Shown: in pieces, positions 10,180 to 20,724 of the stretch
Layout: the number at the start of each line of letters is the position of its first letter
How positions within the stretch are numbered: the first letter of the stretch is position 1
Source: Gammaproteobacteria bacterium
Lineage (GTDB): Bacteria > Pseudomonadota > Gammaproteobacteria > Ga0077536
Assembly: GCA_963662545.2 (NCBI GenBank)
Contig: CAXXLL010000003.1
Coordinates: 96,001 to 160,000 of the forward strand
Reading direction: 5' to 3'
Length of the DNA: 64,000 bases
Notes under the pieces: model-generated
Told to the model about the DNA's origin: nothing
Database searches by the model: none
What the model saw: the letters and a program-made list of their open reading frames with translations, nothing else
Translations under genes and position numbers: made by a program

Positions 10180-11412
10180 ATGGAGCGACAGGGCGTGGAG
10201 CTTAGCGCAGAGAGGGTAACGGAGGCCTCTGCAGTCCATATCCACCCAGCCTTGTTCGAATGCATCGATCCGGAAGCGACGATGTACCCTGCCCCGGCGC
10301 TGCCGATTTTACCTTATCTAACCGCTTCGCAGCTTTTACGTGGGCCCCGCGACCTGCCGATTTTCCTTTCGCGACCACATCAATTTTTTCGCAATGCCCG
10401 CTCTGCCCTCGCTCAGGTATTTACCCAATGCGGCCTGCACAACAATCACATTCTCGTTCCCGGGTACATCTGCAAATCAGTTATCGAACCGATTATCTGG
10501 AGCGGGAGTACGCCGGTATTTTACAATTTGAATGACGATTTAAGCGTTGATGAGACCGATTTCGAAGCCAAGTTAGTCGATGCGGATGCTGCAATCGTGA
10601 CACATTTTTTCGGCATTCCTCAGCATATCGATCGGCTTGCCGAGTTGTGTCGCCGACAACAGGTAATCCTGATAGAAGACTGCGCCCATGCTCTTATGGG
10701 CGCCCTGAACGGCGCACCACTCGGCTCGTTAGGCGATTATTCGATCGCGAGCACCATTAAATTTTGCCCCGGGATCGACGGAGGCATACTGATCTGTAAT
10801 GGCCCCACCACTACAGACCGACGTGAACCGCGTACCACCCACGTAGATCTGCGGTCCATTGCTTCCCTGCTCGAGCGCAGCGTGACAGGTTACGTTTCGA
10901 GATACGGCAACAGATCTTATTCGAGCAATCACGTGCCGCCGGTACCGCGGTGGCGCTCAAGCCGGATGCGCGAACTCGAACAATCGCCAGGGATCGATGG
11001 CCGGTATGAATGGTTCGATCCGGAGGATATGGGAATCCCTGGCAACGAAGTGTCTCGCCGTCTCCTATTCATGCTCGATTACGATCTGATTCGACGTCGC
11101 CGCCGCGAAAATTTCCTGCACTACGTTGAGGTGTCTCGCGGGCTTGCAAGATGCCAGGCAATCATCACCGAACTGCAGGCCGAAACTGTGCCTTACATGT
11201 TTCCCCTTTTCGTCGAAGGCATCGATGACGTATTCCGGACTCTGAAGTTCCGCCGTATTCCCATCTGGCGATGGGAGCAGCAGCACGTCAACGTCCCCGC
11301 AATAGGGAAGCGATTAGGGCGAGGTTTGCTCCACTTGCCCTGTCATCAGTGCATCACCCTGAGAGACATCGATAAAATCATCGCTGCAATTCGCGATAGC
11401 TTGCAGTTCTAG
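10180..11412 (+). CDS. DegT-like PLP-dependent aminotransferase (divergent)
   Basis: VPGYIC, THFFG, LIEDCAHAL, ASTIKF(PLP Lys)..IDGG, LPCHQ; start uncertain (possibly ~10281). Confidence 0.75.
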   Translation: MERQGVELSAERVTEASAVHIHPALFECIDPEATMYPAPALPILPYLTASQLLRGPRDLPIFLSRPHQFFRNARSALAQVFTQCGLHNNHILVPGYICKSVIEPIIWSGSTPVFYNLNDDLSVDETDFEAKLVDADAAIVTHFFGIPQHIDRLAELCRRQQVILIEDCAHALMGALNGAPLGSLGDYSIASTIKFCPGIDGGILICNGPTTTDRREPRTTHVDLRSIASLLERSVTGYVSRYGNRSYSSNHVPPVPRWRSSRMRELEQSPGIDGRYEWFDPEDMGIPGNEVSRRLLFMLDYDLIRRRRRENFLHYVEVSRGLARCQAIITELQAETVPYMFPLFVEGIDDVFRTLKFRRIPIWRWEQQHVNVPAIGKRLGRGLLHLPCHQCITLRDIDKIIAAIRDSLQF

Positions 11413-11453
11413 TCCGCCAATATAGCGATCTGGTACCAGGAATTTCGCTGGCA

Positions 11454-12482
11454 ATGAAAACAACAGTAACACCTTGTTCGGATTTTGCCGCGTATAGCGG
11501 TGCATGGGATCGACTGGCCGCAGCCGGTTACGGCGTGCCAATACTGTCATCTGCCTTCGTCGAGTCCTGCCTGGAACATTTCGCGGACGGTTCCATCAAT
11601 CTCGCAGTCGTCGAAGACGAACAAGGAATAATCGCGCTCGTTTTTCTCAAGGCGCACCGGGTCGGCGTGCTGGAAACCTGGAACCCCGGACAAGCTCCTC
11701 TGGGCCTGTTCGTATTCGAACAGGACCGAGAGCTGACAGATATTTTCGATGCATTGTTCTCTCATTTTCGTGGCCGCGCCATGGTCAGTGTGACGCAACA
11801 GGATTCCAGGTTCGTGAAATCATCCCAATTCCCGGCTTGCGCCGACTTAGTTCCGTATATCGAGACGCCGTGGATCGAATGCGCGGCACCGTTCGAGGAG
11901 TACTGGAATTCCCTCGGGAAAAATATCAAGCGGAATATGCGCAAAGATTCGAATAAGCTCGAGTCGCGAAATATATCAACCAGGCTGAATATTATTATCG
12001 AAAGAGCCGAGATGGGTGCGGCCATCGACGCTCACGGCAAGCTCGAGTCGTCTGGCTGGAAAGGCGCCGCGAACAGCGCGATAGCCGGCGACAATATCCA
12101 AGGCAGATTTTATACGACTCTGCTTCAACGATTCAGTAAAAACAAAAACGGTCTCGTCTTCCAGTACTACTACGGCGATGAACTCGTGGCGTCGGACTTT
12201 GCCGTATCAAATGGCAAAAGCGTGGTAATACTGAAAACCGCCTACCTGCAGTCAAAACGAGAAACATCACCGGCCCAATTACTGCGCCATGCCTATTTTC
12301 CATTCTTGTTCGAACGGTTTGCCGGATCTAGGATTGAATTCTACGGTAAGGCACTGGAATGGCACTCGCGCTGGACCAAACAGACCAGGCCCCTTTACCA
12401 CATGAACGTGTATCGTTCGATTATGGCGCGCAGCGTTGTTCGTTCAATGAGGCGCGTTGCCAGGTCGAGTTTCACTAAATGA
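11454..12482 (+). CDS. GNAT-family acyltransferase (CelD/BcsL/FemAB-like)
   Basis: EEYWNSLGKNIKRNMRK, SGWKG, LKTAY...SPAQLL. Confidence 0.75.
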   Translation: MKTTVTPCSDFAAYSGAWDRLAAAGYGVPILSSAFVESCLEHFADGSINLAVVEDEQGIIALVFLKAHRVGVLETWNPGQAPLGLFVFEQDRELTDIFDALFSHFRGRAMVSVTQQDSRFVKSSQFPACADLVPYIETPWIECAAPFEEYWNSLGKNIKRNMRKDSNKLESRNISTRLNIIIERAEMGAAIDAHGKLESSGWKGAANSAIAGDNIQGRFYTTLLQRFSKNKNGLVFQYYYGDELVASDFAVSNGKSVVILKTAYLQSKRETSPAQLLRHAYFPFLFERFAGSRIEFYGKALEWHSRWTKQTRPLYHMNVYRSIMARSVVRSMRRVARSSFTK

Positions 12483-12827
12483 TTCTGGAGGCTTGGCGTC
12501 CTAGTCGGCTTATGCCCACTCTTTGGGCGTTCGCCGTTCCTGGCCTATCACACCGTCACGTGCATCGCCCGGGCGAAGGCGGCCCCGGCCCCGACCGTGC
12601 CCCGTTTCGCTCGTGCCCGCCGCCCGTTTGCGTCTTGCGAGCGGTCTCATCAATACTGGGCGCCGGAATTCGCCCGGATCGGTGTTGGTAGAACGTTTTC
12701 CCGATGAGCGCACCCAATCGCACTTATGTCAATCGCGGCATGGGCGCGCCGATTGGCTTTCTGGCCGTTTTTTGGCCCGTAGCCGTTTAAAGCAAGTTCC
12801 TATCCTAATTGTTATGAAGGTAATTGA

Positions 12828-14261
12828 ATGACATCTAAAGCGTGCGTCGACTTGCCCCCCGGTCTGGTAAGAGAGGGTGGATCTTATCGTGATCCCGCTG
12901 GGCACGTTTTTAACTTCAACGGTCGAATAATCAGGACCGTGACCACTCACGCCAAGGCGGAATACGAGTTCGTACGCGACTCTGAGTGTCTGAAGAAGCT
13001 AATCGAAAGGGGGTGGGTAATCTCCACCGAGGAAATCGACCCGCAACCCTTTGTCGGTGCGGATAAAGACATTACCTATGTACTTGAGCACGAGCCGGTT
13101 CCGTGGATATCGTTTCCTTACGAATGGGGATTTTCGGCGCTCAAGGCCGCTGCCTTGCTACATCTTGAAATTCAATTGTTGGCGCTGGAATATGGTGTGG
13201 CGTTATCGGACGCGAGCGCCTACAACGTTCAATTCGTCGGAGCCCGGCCGATCTTTATCGACGTACTATCTTTGCGGCGCTATCGCGATGGGGAATTCTG
13301 GACGGGGCAGCGTCAGTTCGCAGAGCAGTTTCTCAATCCGCTGCTGCTGCGTGCATTGACCGGAGTACCCCACAATGCCTGGTTTCGGGGCGCTTTGGAA
13401 GGCATCGAATCGCAACACCTCAACAGCGTCATTCCGGGTTGGCGGAAACTCGGCTGGAAGATTCTAACCAACGTAGCGCTACCTTCCTACGTACAACAAT
13501 CGGCCAGAAAGCGGTCAACCAGTAATCTTCAAAGCCTTCAGGACAAACGTCTCTCCAAAACCGGATATCACTCCCTGCTTGTAACTTTACGAGATTGGAT
13601 CGCGACGCTCCGTCCTAAGGATAGCGGTGAGACCACCTGGGAAAATTACGAAGCAGATCGGACCTACAGCTCCGCGGAGGCGAGCAGGAAGCGTGACTTT
13701 ATCAAGCAGTTCATCGAAGCGACAAGACCAAAGACGGTATGGGACCTTGGCTGTAACACCGGCGAGTTCAGTGAGGCGGCGCTCGCAGCCGGTGCTGAGT
13801 ATGTAGTGGGTTTCGACATCGATCACGGCGCACTCGATAAAGCATTTGCCAGAAGTCGTAATTCCAGTCTGGCACTTCAAGTCGTGTACCAGGATGCTGC
13901 CAATCCCACTCCGAACCAGGGATGGTTAATGCAGGAAAGAGGTTCGATATCGGCAAGAGGAGCCCCGAATGCTATCCTCGCGCTCGCATTTGAGCATCAT
14001 CTGGCGATCGGTAAAAACATACCGCTTGACCAAGTCGTTTTTTGGCTCACTTCACTTGCCCCGACCGGCGTGATTGAATTCGTTCAGAAGACCGATCCCA
14101 CTATCGAACGGATGCTTGCCCTTCGGGAAGACATTTTTGATGAATACAGTGAGGAGAAATTCAGGGCAACGTTGGAATCGTGCGCAGAGATAACCTGTGA
14201 GGAGAAGATTTCGTCCGATAACCGGATGTTATTCGGTTTCAAGACGAGATCCCACCCATGA
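12828..14261 (+). CDS. NoeA-like protein: kinase-like N-terminal domain plus class I SAM methyltransferase
   Basis: GSYRDPAG, ISFPYEWGFSALK, LSDASAYNVQF..PIFID, QF.EQFLNPLLL, VWDLGCNTGEFS, LAFEHHLAI. Confidence 0.8.
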   Translation: MTSKACVDLPPGLVREGGSYRDPAGHVFNFNGRIIRTVTTHAKAEYEFVRDSECLKKLIERGWVISTEEIDPQPFVGADKDITYVLEHEPVPWISFPYEWGFSALKAAALLHLEIQLLALEYGVALSDASAYNVQFVGARPIFIDVLSLRRYRDGEFWTGQRQFAEQFLNPLLLRALTGVPHNAWFRGALEGIESQHLNSVIPGWRKLGWKILTNVALPSYVQQSARKRSTSNLQSLQDKRLSKTGYHSLLVTLRDWIATLRPKDSGETTWENYEADRTYSSAEASRKRDFIKQFIEATRPKTVWDLGCNTGEFSEAALAAGAEYVVGFDIDHGALDKAFARSRNSSLALQVVYQDAANPTPNQGWLMQERGSISARGAPNAILALAFEHHLAIGKNIPLDQVVFWLTSLAPTGVIEFVQKTDPTIERMLALREDIFDEYSEEKFRATLESCAEITCEEKISSDNRMLFGFKTRSHP

Positions 14262-14330
14262 ATGCGACCGAGATCTACCTTCTGATCCTAACGCGTCCCA
14301 TGCATTGTCATTCGACTTAAGGATAGCAAC

Positions 14331-14582
14331 ATGAACAAAACGTCCATAATCGTCGGTCGCCTACTGGGTGTATCGCTCGCGACCTACAGTGTCGCATCGC
14401 ATGCATACCTGGACCCAGGGACAGCCAGCATTATCCTCCAAGGTACCATCGCCGCCATCGCCGGGGCGGCCATTACCCTTAAGCTCTACTGGTATCGCAT
14501 CAAGTCGATGTTCACAAAGTCTTCTGAGAAAGACGTTGAGAACACGGATTTTGAATCCGAAGAAGACCCGAACGGCGGGTAG
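14331..14582 (+). CDS. Small membrane protein with signal peptide and YLDPG motif
   Basis: RBS TAAGGA upstream; ...VASHA/YLDPGTASIILQ, hydrophobic helix, KLYWYRIK, acidic tail. Confidence 0.75.
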   Translation: MNKTSIIVGRLLGVSLATYSVASHAYLDPGTASIILQGTIAAIAGAAITLKLYWYRIKSMFTKSSEKDVENTDFESEEDPNGG

Positions 14583-15568
14583 ACAACAGTGCTTACCCGA
14601 TAGATAGACGGATTAAGGACCACCGGTAGAATGTGCTCTATCCAGCCTAACGATGCCTTGAAGGGATGTCCGGCCTAGGAACCTTGGGGGAAAGTCCCGA
14701 CGAATTTTCACGAAAGAAGTTTAAGCAACGCCGCGTCTTCCGCAGCGCCAGATGACGAAATGCGCAGTCCTAATATTTCCGAGTGTTGCATGATCCCGCC
14801 CCCATGCCGTCATACCATGGACATCGAAGTAATGCGATAACTCTCTCTAAGGTTGCGTTGTCGTTCAATAACAACGCGAGTTTCCAACCGGGACGAAGTA
14901 GTCGGCCAGTACGTTGAAAGAGATTAATCCTCATCGTTTGAAGTATCTCGAACGTCCAAAAGGCCGTGCGCTTGGTGACCGCGCCGTCAATATTCGATAC
15001 TCGCGTTTCACTTTCCCGCCGACTGTGCGGGGCGACTCATTCTCAAGCGTCCCAGTCAAAAATAATGTTGCCGGCGCTTGAAGTGGAAACAAATCCGGGA
15101 GTCCGCGGACGGCTGGGTACCTGCCGGTCTTGATCCACCCCTATCAACGTGTCGCTTCGCGAATGATGGTACGTTTCGTACACGATGTCGCACGTAAATA
15201 GATCCTGTAATTATGTTTCCACGTACACCAAACAAACGTGACGTGGCTTCCACGTGGCAAACCGTACTCGTTTGTCAGTTTCTCATGGTCAGCCCGCTTG
15301 TAAAGTTCCTAATGACCGAGTCATACCCTGTTTTTTCATTCGAAGTGATTTTAGTTCTCGTAAGTTACTTGTCGTTGGCCACGATACTTGCTTGGGCAAT
15401 GATGAAATGTCGCTGGCGATGGTTATCCTATCTTTTGTTATGTGTTTTATTGACATATAGCTTAGAGCAGCTATTCGCTGTACCGTTAAAAGTGATTATG
15501 CCTGCAGTCCTGACCGCAGTCTGGTTGTTACGCAACAACATATATCCGATTACCCTAACTGCTTTCGG

Positions 15569-15966
15569 GAACTTCACTTCAAAGTCCCAACGTCGCTCCT
15601 ATTTTAATAACGAACCATTCTCCTTGTCGGTACTGATGATCTCCATTGTGATTTTTCCACCGAGCATACCATTGACTAATTTCGATAATAATTCAGTCGG
15701 TTCTACAGCTAGTAACAAGCCATCTATCGTACATCTCGTTCTGGACGAACATATAAGTGTCAGGGCCATTTCCGACCACGCTCCAGACAGCAAGGTTATT
15801 GGCGTAATAAGGAGTTTTTATCAGAGAAACGGATTCGAATTGTTTGGCGCCGCAGTATCTAAGTATTTTTGGTCTACCGATTCATTGCCGAATCTCATGA
15901 ACTTTCACTTCAAAGTCCCAACGTCGCTCCTATTTTAATAACGAACCATTCTAGCGGCCTTGTCGG
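15569..15966. repeat. ~55-60 bp imperfect direct repeat (15569-15630 / 15899-15966)
   Basis: cacttcaaagtcccaacgtcgctcctattttaataacgaaccattct occurs twice. Confidence 0.9.
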
Positions 15967-16053
15967 AAAATCGATACTTCAATTTGCTGAACCATGCCGG
16001 CTATAAGATCAATGTGTATCAAAGCAGTTGCGCAAGCGTCTAGACTCTTGACC

Positions 16054-16305
16054 ATTGCGCACCTGATGATGCAGAAATAAACAAGTGCGTCACATATTCG
16101 GCGAACTCGATACGAAATATTGCAAACGAAAATCTAAGCGTGACAACCACCGGAGGTTTCGATCCCTTAAGCGACAAATTTTCCTTTTTATTTCAACCGC
16201 ATCGCATGCACACTACCTAGATTATTGCGCACCTGATGATGCAGAAATAAACAAGTGCGTCACATATTTGCGAAATATTGCAAACGAAAATCTAAGCGTG
16301 ACAAC
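16054..16305. repeat. ~85-95 bp imperfect direct repeat (16054-16147 / 16224-16305)
   Basis: attgcgcacctgatgatgcagaaataaacaagtgcgtcacatatt...cgaaatattgcaaacgaaaatctaagcgtgacaac occurs twice; the second copy lacks ~12 nt. Confidence 0.9.
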
Positions 16306-17101
16306 TAAAGCTCTATTGATTGTCATCAGTCAACATACGTTAAATGAAAACCTTACGGTAACAGCGGTACGGCATTACTGCGATAAGCTTCGGCCGAAAT
16401 TTACAAACGTCAAATTTCCATGTAAGAGCGAAGGGCCGATAACATCAACACTGGCGTCCTCATTACAGCTTCCACGGATAATGGAAGACGTAATATCTAA
16501 CCCTACTGGCCACCTGTTTTTTGCACATTTATTGGTGCCACACTACCCATACGTTTATAACTCCGCCTGCCACCTGAAAAACCATTTCATTGATTGGCTC
16601 GGCAAGAACGCGCTTGCCGCTCAAGAAAGTGAGGATGAAGAGTCAGCTGAATTAAGTAAGCATTTAGATCAAGTTGAGTGTCTATACGTGCAATTGCAGT
16701 CGTTTATTAATGGACTGAAGAGAAAAGGGTTTTACGATCGACTCGTGTTTATTGTGCATGGGGACCACGGTGCCAGAATTTCACTGCAAACAGAATCAAA
16801 TAGCCATGATCCCCAAATTCAAATTAATTACATCATAAAGAATTATTCGACTATATATGCGACAAAAACCTCATCTCAGAGTGCGGGTTATGAATCAAAG
16901 TTGCTACCGTTGGATACGTTGTTTGCACATACGATAAAGAAGATTATGCCCGCTGCAACGATTTTGATTGCCGCAGACGACTATGTTTATAAAGAACGGT
17001 CCGGTGCCGGGTTTGGGGGGGAAATGTTTAAGCTACAGATCCCCGAACATATCGAAGCTAGAATTCTGGATTAGGCAAAGTCTGTATAGAGCACCCGTTT
17101 A

Positions 17102-17130
17102 GGGGAATGTCAGGAATTTTGTGTATGAGC
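17102..17130. mobile_element. Possible isolated IS256-like terminus
   Basis: ggggaatgtcaggaattttgtgt resembles IS256-family inverted repeats as recalled; no transposase nearby. Confidence 0.3.
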
Positions 17131-17495
17131 CGGTTCATGAATGGATTGCTACGGACCGATCTTCAGAGTGTATCGAAAATTGTGCCTTAGCTTAACGCCA
17201 GGTGACGCGCTCTTCATGCATGATTCGAAGGGATCGCTCAGCAGCTCAGCAAGCCGCTGGTGACTAAGACGATAGGCGGGGTTCGAGCTAACCTGTGAAC
17301 ACGCAGCGAGAATCTACAGCCGACAGCGAGCAACTCAGCGGTCTGCGCTAAGCCACAGTCGCGCAGTTCGCGCCCGACTGGATCATACACGGTTAAAAGC
17401 GTGTACCGATGAAGTCGCATTTGCATCGCGTATACTACCGCGACCAGTATGCCCCGTGCAGCCGCTGCGACCCTAAACCTGAACGCTTCTCCGCC

Positions 17496-18143
17496 ATGAT
17501 TTTCATCTGTGGAGCCATCGACTGGCATACCGCCGGCGCCACCGCAGCGGCATCGGCCGCGATGGTGCAGGCAAGACGCACAGCACGCGACCGAGCCATC
17601 TCTACCGTAAATCTGCCGGGCGCCGTTATGGCACATGCCGAGCAGAATGCGATTCGGGCCAGCGTCGGCAGCAATACGGCGCTCCTGTTTCGCCCCACCG
17701 CTGAAGACATCGCCGACGATGGTGCGCGCCTCACGGAAATGCTCGACGACTACCTGCGTTCCGGCCGCCTGCGGCCTGGCGCGATGAGCGGTGCGTTCAT
17801 GCTCGTTGTCATTGACGTCGGACAGCGACGCACGCTGCTGGCGACCGACCGGTTCGGGATCTGCCCCATGTACTATCGGGTGGCACCCGAACGCATCATG
17901 TTCTCCAGCGACCTCGATGCACTCGTCGCGCACCCGTAAATCGCGCCCGCGCTTGATGCCCAGGCCATCTACGATTACGTATTTTTTCATTGCATCCCTA
18001 GCCCACGCACGATTTACCAGGAAGTAAGCAAACTGGGGCCGGCGGAATCGCTGTTATGGGACGAAGCTGGGGCACACCGCGGGCCGTACTGGCAGCCTGA
18101 CTTTGCCGCCGAAGACGCTGGGCCTAAGGCCGCCGGGCAACGC
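17496..18143 (+). pseudogene. Asparagine-synthase-like gene, 5' part; nonsense codon and IS21 truncation
   Basis: MIFICG...GAF...LLATDRFGICPMYY; in-frame TAA at 17937 followed by IAPALDAQAIYDYVFFHCIPSPRTIY...YW up to the IS end. Confidence 0.8.
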
Positions 18144-18343
18144 TGTCAACGGCGGAGCAAAATTAGTCCACCCGGGCGGAGCAAAACTAGTCCACTTAAC
18201 GTTATGCGGTACGCAGTGTTGGGGGGTTGTCCCGGTAGTCCATAGGAGGGACCCGCGCTGCTTCGTGTAGCGCTTGCGTTACGCGGAGCGAAGCAGCGTG
18301 GGAGGTTCCTGTGGACCCACCGGGTCAACCTTGAGTTCGGTGG

Positions 18344-19114
18344 TCAAGCAGGCGTATTTGGGGATTTCCGCCGTTTTTGGCTTTGGTTGAGACGATAGCT
18401 CTCGCCGTTCATTTCCAGGATATGGACAGGGTGGGTCAGGCGGTCCAGCAAAGCCCCGGTCAGACGTTCCGAGCCGAATATCTCCGTCCACTCATCGAAC
18501 GGCAAGTTGGAGGTCACCATGATCGAGCCCCGCTCGTAGCGCTGGCTGAAGACTTCGAACAGCAGCTCGGCGCCGGTCTTCGAGAGCGGCACGAAGCCGA
18601 GTTCGTCGATGATCAGAAGGTGATACTTTGCCAGTTGCTTCTGCAGGCGCAACAGGCGTTTTTCATCCCTGGCCTCCATCAGTTCATGAACCAGGGCGGC
18701 GGCCGTGATGAAGCCGACGGAGAGCCCCTTTTGGCAGGCCGCCAGACCGAGACCGAGGGCGATATGGGTCTTGCCGGTTCCGCTGTTGCCGAGCGCGATG
18801 ATATTCTCACGACGCTCTACGTATTCGCATCGCGCCAACTCCAGAACCAGCATCTTGTTGAGCGAGGCGATGGCCTTGAAGTCGAAGCTGTCGAGGCTTT
18901 TGACGGCGGGGAACCTAGCCTGTCTGATCCGCCGCTCGACCATGCGGCGCTCACGGTCGATCAGTTCCAACTCGGTCAGACGGACAAGATACCGCACAGG
19001 GTCGGCGCCCTCGGTGGCGCATTGGCGGGCCAGCTTGTCGTATTCGCGCAGGAACGTCGGCAGTTTCAGGGTCTTGAGGTGATGGGCCAGCAACACTTGC
19101 GGCGTATCGGTCAT
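18344..19114 (-). CDS. istB: IS21 helper ATPase IstB
   Basis: GNSGTGKTH Walker A, LLIIDELG, ALLDRL. Confidence 0.93.
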   Translation of the reverse strand: MTDTPQVLLAHHLKTLKLPTFLREYDKLARQCATEGADPVRYLVRLTELELIDRERRMVERRIRQARFPAVKSLDSFDFKAIASLNKMLVLELARCEYVERRENIIALGNSGTGKTHIALGLGLAACQKGLSVGFITAAALVHELMEARDEKRLLRLQKQLAKYHLLIIDELGFVPLSKTGAELLFEVFSQRYERGSIMVTSNLPFDEWTEIFGSERLTGALLDRLTHPVHILEMNGESYRLNQSQKRRKSPNTPA

Positions 19115-20610
19115 GACGCGCCTCCACCCAACAAGCTCATATAACTGGCGGCGGCCGTGGTCGCCACGTTGGCCCGAGGCAGGTAGGGATAGATATCCAG
19201 GTCGAGTTTGGGCGGGCGTCGCTCGATACGGCACAGCACAAGGTGTTTGACGGCGTCGTAGCCGATCGCGCCCAGGCGCAGGGCGTCCTTCACCGCGCCG
19301 TGAAGCACCTCGAGATCGAAGGTCTCCAGAAGCCGAAGGACCTGGACGTATTCCCGCTTGCCGGCCTTGCCCATGCGCGCCTCCAGGAGACGGCGCAGGG
19401 TTGGGAAGGCATCAGGCAGTTCCCATCCGGCTAGCGGCGCGGCCTGATCCAGGGCACCGATCTTGTGCTCCAGCAAAGGCAGGTAGTGGATCGGATCGAA
19501 GACCCTATCTTCCCGGTCGTAGGAACGGGGGTGTCGGGCAATGATCCCGGCGCCGCAACCGATAACCACCTCGTGGACATAGCCACGGACCCAGACCTCT
19601 TGGTGGCCGTAGGCGACGGGCACGGAATAGTCATTCGTCCGGTAGCGCACCAGGGACAGCGAGTTGACCCGCGTGCCCTGCTTGTCGCACGCGTCGAACG
19701 GTGCCGGCAGTGGCCTCTTCAACGCTTCGCGGTCACGCACAAACCGTTCGCCGATGCTCTCGCGGTGGCCGCGCAGGACGTCGTCTTGCCGTTTGCGGCA
19801 TTGTTCCTCCAGGTAAGCGTTGAAGGCGTCCCAGCTCGCGAACCGGGGAAGCGGCGTCATGAAGTTCCGTCGGGCGTAGCCAACCACCCCCTCAACATTG
19901 CCTTTGTCGTTGCCCTTGCCGGGACGGCCGTAACGGTCCTCGAAGAGGTAATGGGACTGCAGTCCGCTGAACGCTCGCGTTCGTTGTCGCGTGCCATCCG
20001 GCAAGATGCGCGACACCAGGCACTTGTCGTTGTCGTAGAGAATCGATCGGGGAACACCGCCGAAGAAGGCGAAGGTTCTGTTGTGCCCGTCCAGCCAGGC
20101 CTCCGTCGTCGCTGACGGGTAGGCCGCAACGAAGCAGGCATCGCTGTGGGGAAGTGTCATGACGAAAAAATGCGCCCGATACTTGACGCCGGCGATGATC
20201 GCATCCGCCTCGCCAAAGTCCGCTTGAGCATGGCCCGGAGGATGTGACAACGGCACAAACATCTCACGCCGACGAAGGCGCCGTTCCCGAACGTAATCCT
20301 TCACGATGGTCTCTTTGCCCGTGAAGCCATGTTCGTCGCGAAGGCGCTCGAATATACGCTTCGCCGTGTGGTGCTGCTTACGGTGAACCGTTCGGTCCTC
20401 CTCCAGAATACGGTCGATGATATCCGTGAAGGGGGCCCGTTTCGGGCGTTTCGGTGGCTGGCGTCGCCGATATCCCGGCGGTTCCGAATGCCGCAGCATC
20501 TTCCTCACCGTCTCGCGCGCAATGCCAAACCGACTTGCCGCCTCTCGCTGGCTCAGACCATCAACATGGCAGGCCAGCCGAACGCGCAGATATAGGTCCA
20601 CGGTGTACAT
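19111..20610 (-). CDS. istA: IS21 transposase IstA
   Basis: HTH N-terminus, AQADFG, ILYDND, KGNVEG. Confidence 0.93.
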   Translation of the reverse strand: MYTVDLYLRVRLACHVDGLSQREAASRFGIARETVRKMLRHSEPPGYRRRQPPKRPKRAPFTDIIDRILEEDRTVHRKQHHTAKRIFERLRDEHGFTGKETIVKDYVRERRLRRREMFVPLSHPPGHAQADFGEADAIIAGVKYRAHFFVMTLPHSDACFVAAYPSATTEAWLDGHNRTFAFFGGVPRSILYDNDKCLVSRILPDGTRQRTRAFSGLQSHYLFEDRYGRPGKGNDKGNVEGVVGYARRNFMTPLPRFASWDAFNAYLEEQCRKRQDDVLRGHRESIGERFVRDREALKRPLPAPFDACDKQGTRVNSLSLVRYRTNDYSVPVAYGHQEVWVRGYVHEVVIGCGAGIIARHPRSYDREDRVFDPIHYLPLLEHKIGALDQAAPLAGWELPDAFPTLRRLLEARMGKAGKREYVQVLRLLETFDLEVLHGAVKDALRLGAIGYDAVKHLVLCRIERRPPKLDLDIYPYLPRANVATTAAASYMSLLGGGAS

Positions 20611-20724
20611 CCTCCCGCCTTCCATCTCAAAAAAGATCGAAGGCTACAGGTGGCAGAGTTTTACTCCGCCCGCGGCTGGGAAATCCCGCCGCTTCCGTGG
20701 ACTAATTTGTCACCGCCGTTCTCA

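Larger units (their letters stand above)
15213..17074 (+). pseudogene. Membrane sulfatase/alkaline-phosphatase-superfamily protein (LtaS/NoeB-like), broken by duplications and frameshifts
   Basis: N-terminal TM helices, IVHLVLDEH, F.AHLLVPHYPY, IVHGDHG; split across ORFs 15213..15938 and 16085..17074; low GC. Confidence 0.75.
18144..20724 (-). mobile_element. IS21-family insertion sequence
   Basis: Ends TGTCAACGGCGGAGCAAAATTAGTCCAC / GTGGACTAATTTGTCACCGCCGTTCTCA with internal repeated motifs; carries istA and istB; no target duplication. Confidence 0.93.

Noticed and set aside
12480-12830. Short GC-rich ORFs between the GNAT and noeA-like genes
   Set aside because: No recognisable motifs or RBS
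14600-15200. Degraded minus-strand gene remnant (...ELSHYFDVHG...HFVIWRC)
   Set aside because: Several stops and no diagnostic motif; cannot be supported without a search
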